DNA of 64,000 nucleotides from Candidatus Omnitrophota bacterium. GTDB taxonomy: Bacteria; Omnitrophota; Gorgyraeia; Zapsychrales; Zapsychraceae. The position numbers and the translations under genes are program-made. The notes below the pieces were generated by a model, which was not told the DNA's origin, ran no database searches, and saw only the letters and a program-made list of their open reading frames with translations. Shown in pieces: positions 60,274 through 64,000 of the stretch (the stretch's first letter is position 1; every line of letters begins with the position of its first letter). The stretch spans positions 12,163 to 76,162 of the forward strand of contig JADFYJ010000009.1 in the NCBI GenBank assembly GCA_015233115.1, in the 5' to 3' direction.

Positions 60274-60609
60274 ATGAAATTTTTATTAATGGTGAAGTCA
60301 GTTGTTAAAAATTTGGTTCGTGGCCCAGTCACGGAGCGGTATCCTTTTGTTCCTAAAAAGTTTTTTAAGGGGACGCGTGGACAGGTGCTTATCGAGATAA
60401 AGAAATGTATTTTCTGCGGGCTGTGTCAGCGGAAATGTCCTTCGCAGGCTATTGTGGTAACGAAAGATAAAAAGAATTGGGAAATTGACCGTTTACGCTG
60501 CGTATCTTGTGCCGCTTGCGTGGACGTTTGCCCGGTTAAGTGTTTAGCGATGGATACAAAATACGCGCCATGTTCTGACAAGCGTTACAAGGATGCTTTC
60601 AATGCATGA
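60274..60609 (+). CDS. echF: Ech subunit F (2x[4Fe-4S])
   Basis: CIFCGLCQRKCP and CVSCAACVDVCP. Confidence 0.9.
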   Translation: MKFLLMVKSVVKNLVRGPVTERYPFVPKKFFKGTRGQVLIEIKKCIFCGLCQRKCPSQAIVVTKDKKNWEIDRLRCVSCAACVDVCPVKCLAMDTKYAPCSDKRYKDAFNA

Positions 60610-60946
60610 GTGTCATCAAGTTCAAAAAGTTGTAACTGAAGCACAGGCTATGCTGAAGGAAAAAGGCATACAAGATCCCAAGAAAGCCAATTTGGTTGTC
60701 GGAGAATTATTAGGGTTTGATGAAGGATGCATCCGTTTGTATTGGGAAGAAATGACTCAGTCAACACCTTTATCAAAAACTGCATTGTCGATTCAATTCG
60801 TTCCAGCCATGCTGGAATGCGCGGCTTGTAAAATTAAATTCGCGAAAAAAGGTTCTAATCTTCTTTGTCCACAGTGCAATAAAATCGGCACGCTTCCTCC
60901 TTCAGGATCGTCAGGAAAAGAATTCTTCATAAATAAAATTGAATAG
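60602..60946 (+). CDS. hypA: Hydrogenase nickel chaperone HypA
   Basis: MHE start, CAAC..CPQC, GKEF. Confidence 0.85.
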   Translation: MHECHQVQKVVTEAQAMLKEKGIQDPKKANLVVGELLGFDEGCIRLYWEEMTQSTPLSKTALSIQFVPAMLECAACKIKFAKKGSNLLCPQCNKIGTLPPSGSSGKEFFINKIE

Positions 60947-61253
60947 TATGTAGTATGTAGTATGTGGTGAAAAACGATAGATGGGAGATAATATACGAAA
61001 GAATATATAATTTTATAGAGCGAGTGTTATTTTTTAAATTTTTTGGGTTTTATTGACTACATTCTTATAGAAAAAACATGCCTTTTAAAATTATTTTATT
61101 TCGTTCTTTTTCTCGTCGCTGTTTTTGTTAAATAAATACTACATGCTTTTAATGACGTTTTTTCAATTATTCGTTTTTTTGATTTTTGTTATTTACCACA
61201 TACCACATACTACATACTACATACTACATACTACATACTACATACTACATACT
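60944..61253. repeat. Inverted heptamer arrays TAGTATG (60944-60968) / CATACTA (61194-61253)
   Basis: Three copies versus about eight reverse-complement copies bracketing the spacer. Confidence 0.85.
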
Positions 61254-61269
61254 CTAATAGGATAAACAT

Positions 61270-62571
61270 ATGTGTTACGCCATTCCTGGACAAGTTAAAT
61301 CCTTTGACGGAAAATTTGTCTTGGTTGATTATTTTGGTGAACAAAAAAAAGCGATCAATGAGTTAAGCGCGTTGAAGGTGGGGGATTATGTGTACGCGCA
61401 AGGCGGCTTTGTCATTACCAAGGTGAGCCAGAGTGAGGCATTGCAGACTTTGGAGACGTGGAAGGACCTTTTCTTCGAATTAAAGGACATTGACGACCGC
61501 AGTGTCAAAGATATGCCTTGGGCCGGAGCTAAATTTGCAAAAGTCCGGGATATGTTTGACTGTGTATCGGCTGACGGCAAGATTTCTTTACAGGATCTGC
61601 AATATTTGTTGTCATCAAAAGATGCTGGCGAACGAGAATTTATCCGCAACGCGGCCAATCAAAGCCGTCATAAATATCACGGCAATTCCTGCTGCGTGCA
61701 CGGTATTATTGAAATCGGTAATGTGTGCGATCAAGTGTGTCATTATTGCGGGATTTCCCGTCTGAATACATCATTGACCCGCTACCGGATGTCAAAAGAA
61801 GAAATCTTAGAGTCAGTACGCGTCGCGGTTGAGGATTATGGTTTTAAAGCATTAGTTTTGCAAAGTGGAGAGGATGCTGATCGTCCGATTATTGAATTAG
61901 TTGACATCGTCACGGAAATCAAAAAACGTTTTGGCGTTTTAATTTTTGTCAGTTTTGGTGAAGTTGGGAGGGAAGGATTAGAACAATTATATACTGCCGG
62001 CGCCCGCGGGCTTTTGTTGCGTTTTGAATCATCCAACCCTAACATTTATCAGGAACTTCATCCTGGATCCAATTTGGATGACCGTTTAAAAGATTTACGT
62101 TATGCGAATGAGTTGGGTTACTTGATCATCACCGGATCTTTGGTTGGATTGCCTGGTCAAACCGCTGAGGATATCAGCCGTGATATTCAGCTGGCTGGTG
62201 AGTTAAATGTCGAAATGCTCAGCATGGGGCCGTTTTTGCCACACCCGCATACCCCCTTAGCCCATAATTTACCTCCGACAAAAGAAGCCGTTGTTCAAGT
62301 ATTAGCTGCTGCAAGATTTTATCTGCCTTCACATGTAAAAATCTTAGTGACGACAGGTTTAGAAACGCTTAATGCGGAAGCCCGCGAACTGGCTTTTCGT
62401 TCCGGCGCTAATTCCATGATGTTAAATGTCACCCCGCAAGAAAAAAAACTGCTGTACGAAATTTACCCGGATCGTGCCCATCAAAATGAATCATTAGCTG
62501 TTCAAATTGATTCTGCCAAAAATTTACTACAAAGTCTAGGCCGAGCGCCTACGGATTTAAGCTTTCGTTAA
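61270..62571 (+). CDS. HypC-like domain fused to HydE/BioB-family radical SAM protein
   Basis: MCYAIPG..VGDYV; CDQVCHYC, VLQSGE, GPFLPHPHTPL, GANSMM.N.TP, YEIY. Confidence 0.85.
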   Translation: MCYAIPGQVKSFDGKFVLVDYFGEQKKAINELSALKVGDYVYAQGGFVITKVSQSEALQTLETWKDLFFELKDIDDRSVKDMPWAGAKFAKVRDMFDCVSADGKISLQDLQYLLSSKDAGEREFIRNAANQSRHKYHGNSCCVHGIIEIGNVCDQVCHYCGISRLNTSLTRYRMSKEEILESVRVAVEDYGFKALVLQSGEDADRPIIELVDIVTEIKKRFGVLIFVSFGEVGREGLEQLYTAGARGLLLRFESSNPNIYQELHPGSNLDDRLKDLRYANELGYLIITGSLVGLPGQTAEDISRDIQLAGELNVEMLSMGPFLPHPHTPLAHNLPPTKEAVVQVLAAARFYLPSHVKILVTTGLETLNAEARELAFRSGANSMMLNVTPQEKKLLYEIYPDRAHQNESLAVQIDSAKNLLQSLGRAPTDLSFR

Positions 62572-62642
62572 ACCGTTGGACCACCGCGTCGGTGAGCCAT
62601 GGTCCACCGACGCGGTGGTCCAACGGTCGTTTGAATTTTCCC

Positions 62643-62670
62643 TTGACATCTTTATCCTATCCATTAAAAT
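62643..62670 (+). promoter_or_regulatory. Candidate sigma70 promoter
   Basis: TTGACA-16 nt-TAAAAT. Confidence 0.5.
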
Positions 62671-62710
62671 CTAACTATTAAAATTTTACTACTATTCCAG
62701 GACTTTTATT

Positions 62711-64000
62711 ATGATTATTAATGATATTATAGAAAAAACTGCGCAAAAATATGGGGAAAAGACTGGTTTGATTTTTAAGGACCAGACTTTTGCTTTTGAT
62801 TCCATTCGTGAACACTCTTTTAAGTTAGCCAATGCTTTACGTGGTTGCGGCGCGAAAAAAGGGGATCGGATAGGGATATATCTTCCGAATTGTCCCGAAT
62901 ATGTGTTTAGTTATCTGGCGATTTTTTGTTTAGGCGCGGTGGGCGTGCCTTTGGACTTTATGTTGAAAGAAGATGAGCTTGTTTCTTGTTTGGGGCATTC
63001 TGAGACGAAGATTTTGATTGCTCTTAACAAGTCAGATGTGGATTTGGAGGCGGTTTGGAAACAATTACCGCAATTAGAAAAGCTGATTTTACTGGACGGG
63101 AATGACTTTGATGCGGTTTGTTATGGTGATCTGATGGCGCATGTTTCGTCGGAATTTTTGCCAGTGGACATCAAAGATTCTGATCCGGCGTTAATCATGT
63201 ATACGTCAGGGACGACAGGCAAGCCAAAAGGGATTTTGCTGAATTACAAACATTTGGACGGCTCGCCTAAGGCCATGGAATATTTTGTGGATTTGACGGA
63301 TAAGGACATTAAACTGTGTCCATTGCCGTTAAGTCACATCGGCGGGTTTATTTATATCCAGAATATGCTGTTATTCGGGATCACTTTAGTGTTGATGGAT
63401 CGTTTTAATCCCATGCATTTCCTCGAGAATGTCCACAAATACAATGTGACTTGTTTTCATATTGTGCCGCCCATGTATAACGCGATATTGACTCTTAAGC
63501 ATATCGAAAATTTTGATCTTTCGTCTTTGCGTTGGGTCGTGGTTTTCGGGGCGCCTAGCTCGCCGGAAATTTTGGAGAGGTTCCATAAATATTGTCTGAA
63601 TGCGGTTTTGCTTAATGGATGGGGGATGACAGAAACCTGCCCGCCGAATACGGTCACTCCGTTAAAGAATAGCGATAATATTGCCAGTGTTGGTAAGCCT
63701 TCGCCATTTTCGAAAATTAGAATTGTAGGGGATGACGGGAAAGACATGTCTGCATGCGCGATTGGTGAGATTGTGATCTCCGGTGAATACATTATGCAGG
63801 AATATTACAAAGACCCGGAAGCTACTGCGGAAATGAAACGGCCGGATGGTTTATATACTGGTGATTTAGGACGGTTTGATGAAAACGGATTTTTATACAT
63901 TGTAGGACGTAAAAAAGAAATGATCAAAGTCGGCGGCCAGTTGGTTTACGCGCCGGAAGTTGAGGCTGCTTTGTATAAACATCCTGCAGTGGTTGAAGCC
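62711..64000 (+). CDS. AMP-binding acyl-CoA ligase, 3'-partial
   Basis: YTSGTTGKPKG, GWGMTE, TGDLG..GRKKEMIKVGG; runs off the window. Confidence 0.9.
   Translation, partial: MIINDIIEKTAQKYGEKTGLIFKDQTFAFDSIREHSFKLANALRGCGAKKGDRIGIYLPNCPEYVFSYLAIFCLGAVGVPLDFMLKEDELVSCLGHSETKILIALNKSDVDLEAVWKQLPQLEKLILLDGNDFDAVCYGDLMAHVSSEFLPVDIKDSDPALIMYTSGTTGKPKGILLNYKHLDGSPKAMEYFVDLTDKDIKLCPLPLSHIGGFIYIQNMLLFGITLVLMDRFNPMHFLENVHKYNVTCFHIVPPMYNAILTLKHIENFDLSSLRWVVVFGAPSSPEILERFHKYCLNAVLLNGWGMTETCPPNTVTPLKNSDNIASVGKPSPFSKIRIVGDDGKDMSACAIGEIVISGEYIMQEYYKDPEATAEMKRPDGLYTGDLGRFDENGFLYIVGRKKEMIKVGGQLVYAPEVEAALYKHPAVVEA

Noticed and set aside
192-63792. Numerous 60-140 aa antisense or alternate-frame ORFs in the track
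   Set aside because: Overlap well-supported genes and lack motifs or RBS

Overview
64 kb of an AT-rich bacterial chromosome, almost all genes on the + strand. A Ca. Omnitrophota (OP3)-like host is inferred from the large conserved-termini proteins and gene content; this is not proven. Backbone genes: M48/M16/M3 peptidases, rsfS, argS, recJ, rpmB, fba, gpmI, prmA, apbE, thyA, folA, glgB/GH57/malQ, hldD, pyk, c-di-GMP enzymes, an Ech-type group 4 [NiFe]-hydrogenase operon with hypA, and a partial acyl-CoA ligase. Notable: (1) a diversity-generating retroelement at ~48.9-52.0 kb with an exported FGE-sulfatase/C-lectin-fold target, a 114-bp VR/TR pair whose mismatches fall almost only at TR adenines, a GTAA hairpin, a MutS-like/Avd fusion and an internally deleted, frameshifted RT; (2) two large paralogues with conserved N- and C-termini carrying different enzyme modules delimited by D-x-A-M motifs; (3) at least five families of short palindromic elements inserted in frame in proteins; (4) a HypC-HydE-like radical SAM fusion; (5) an unlisted 56-aa ORF resembling crenarchaeal chromatin protein CC1. 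No rRNA, tRNA or CRISPR array was recognised.
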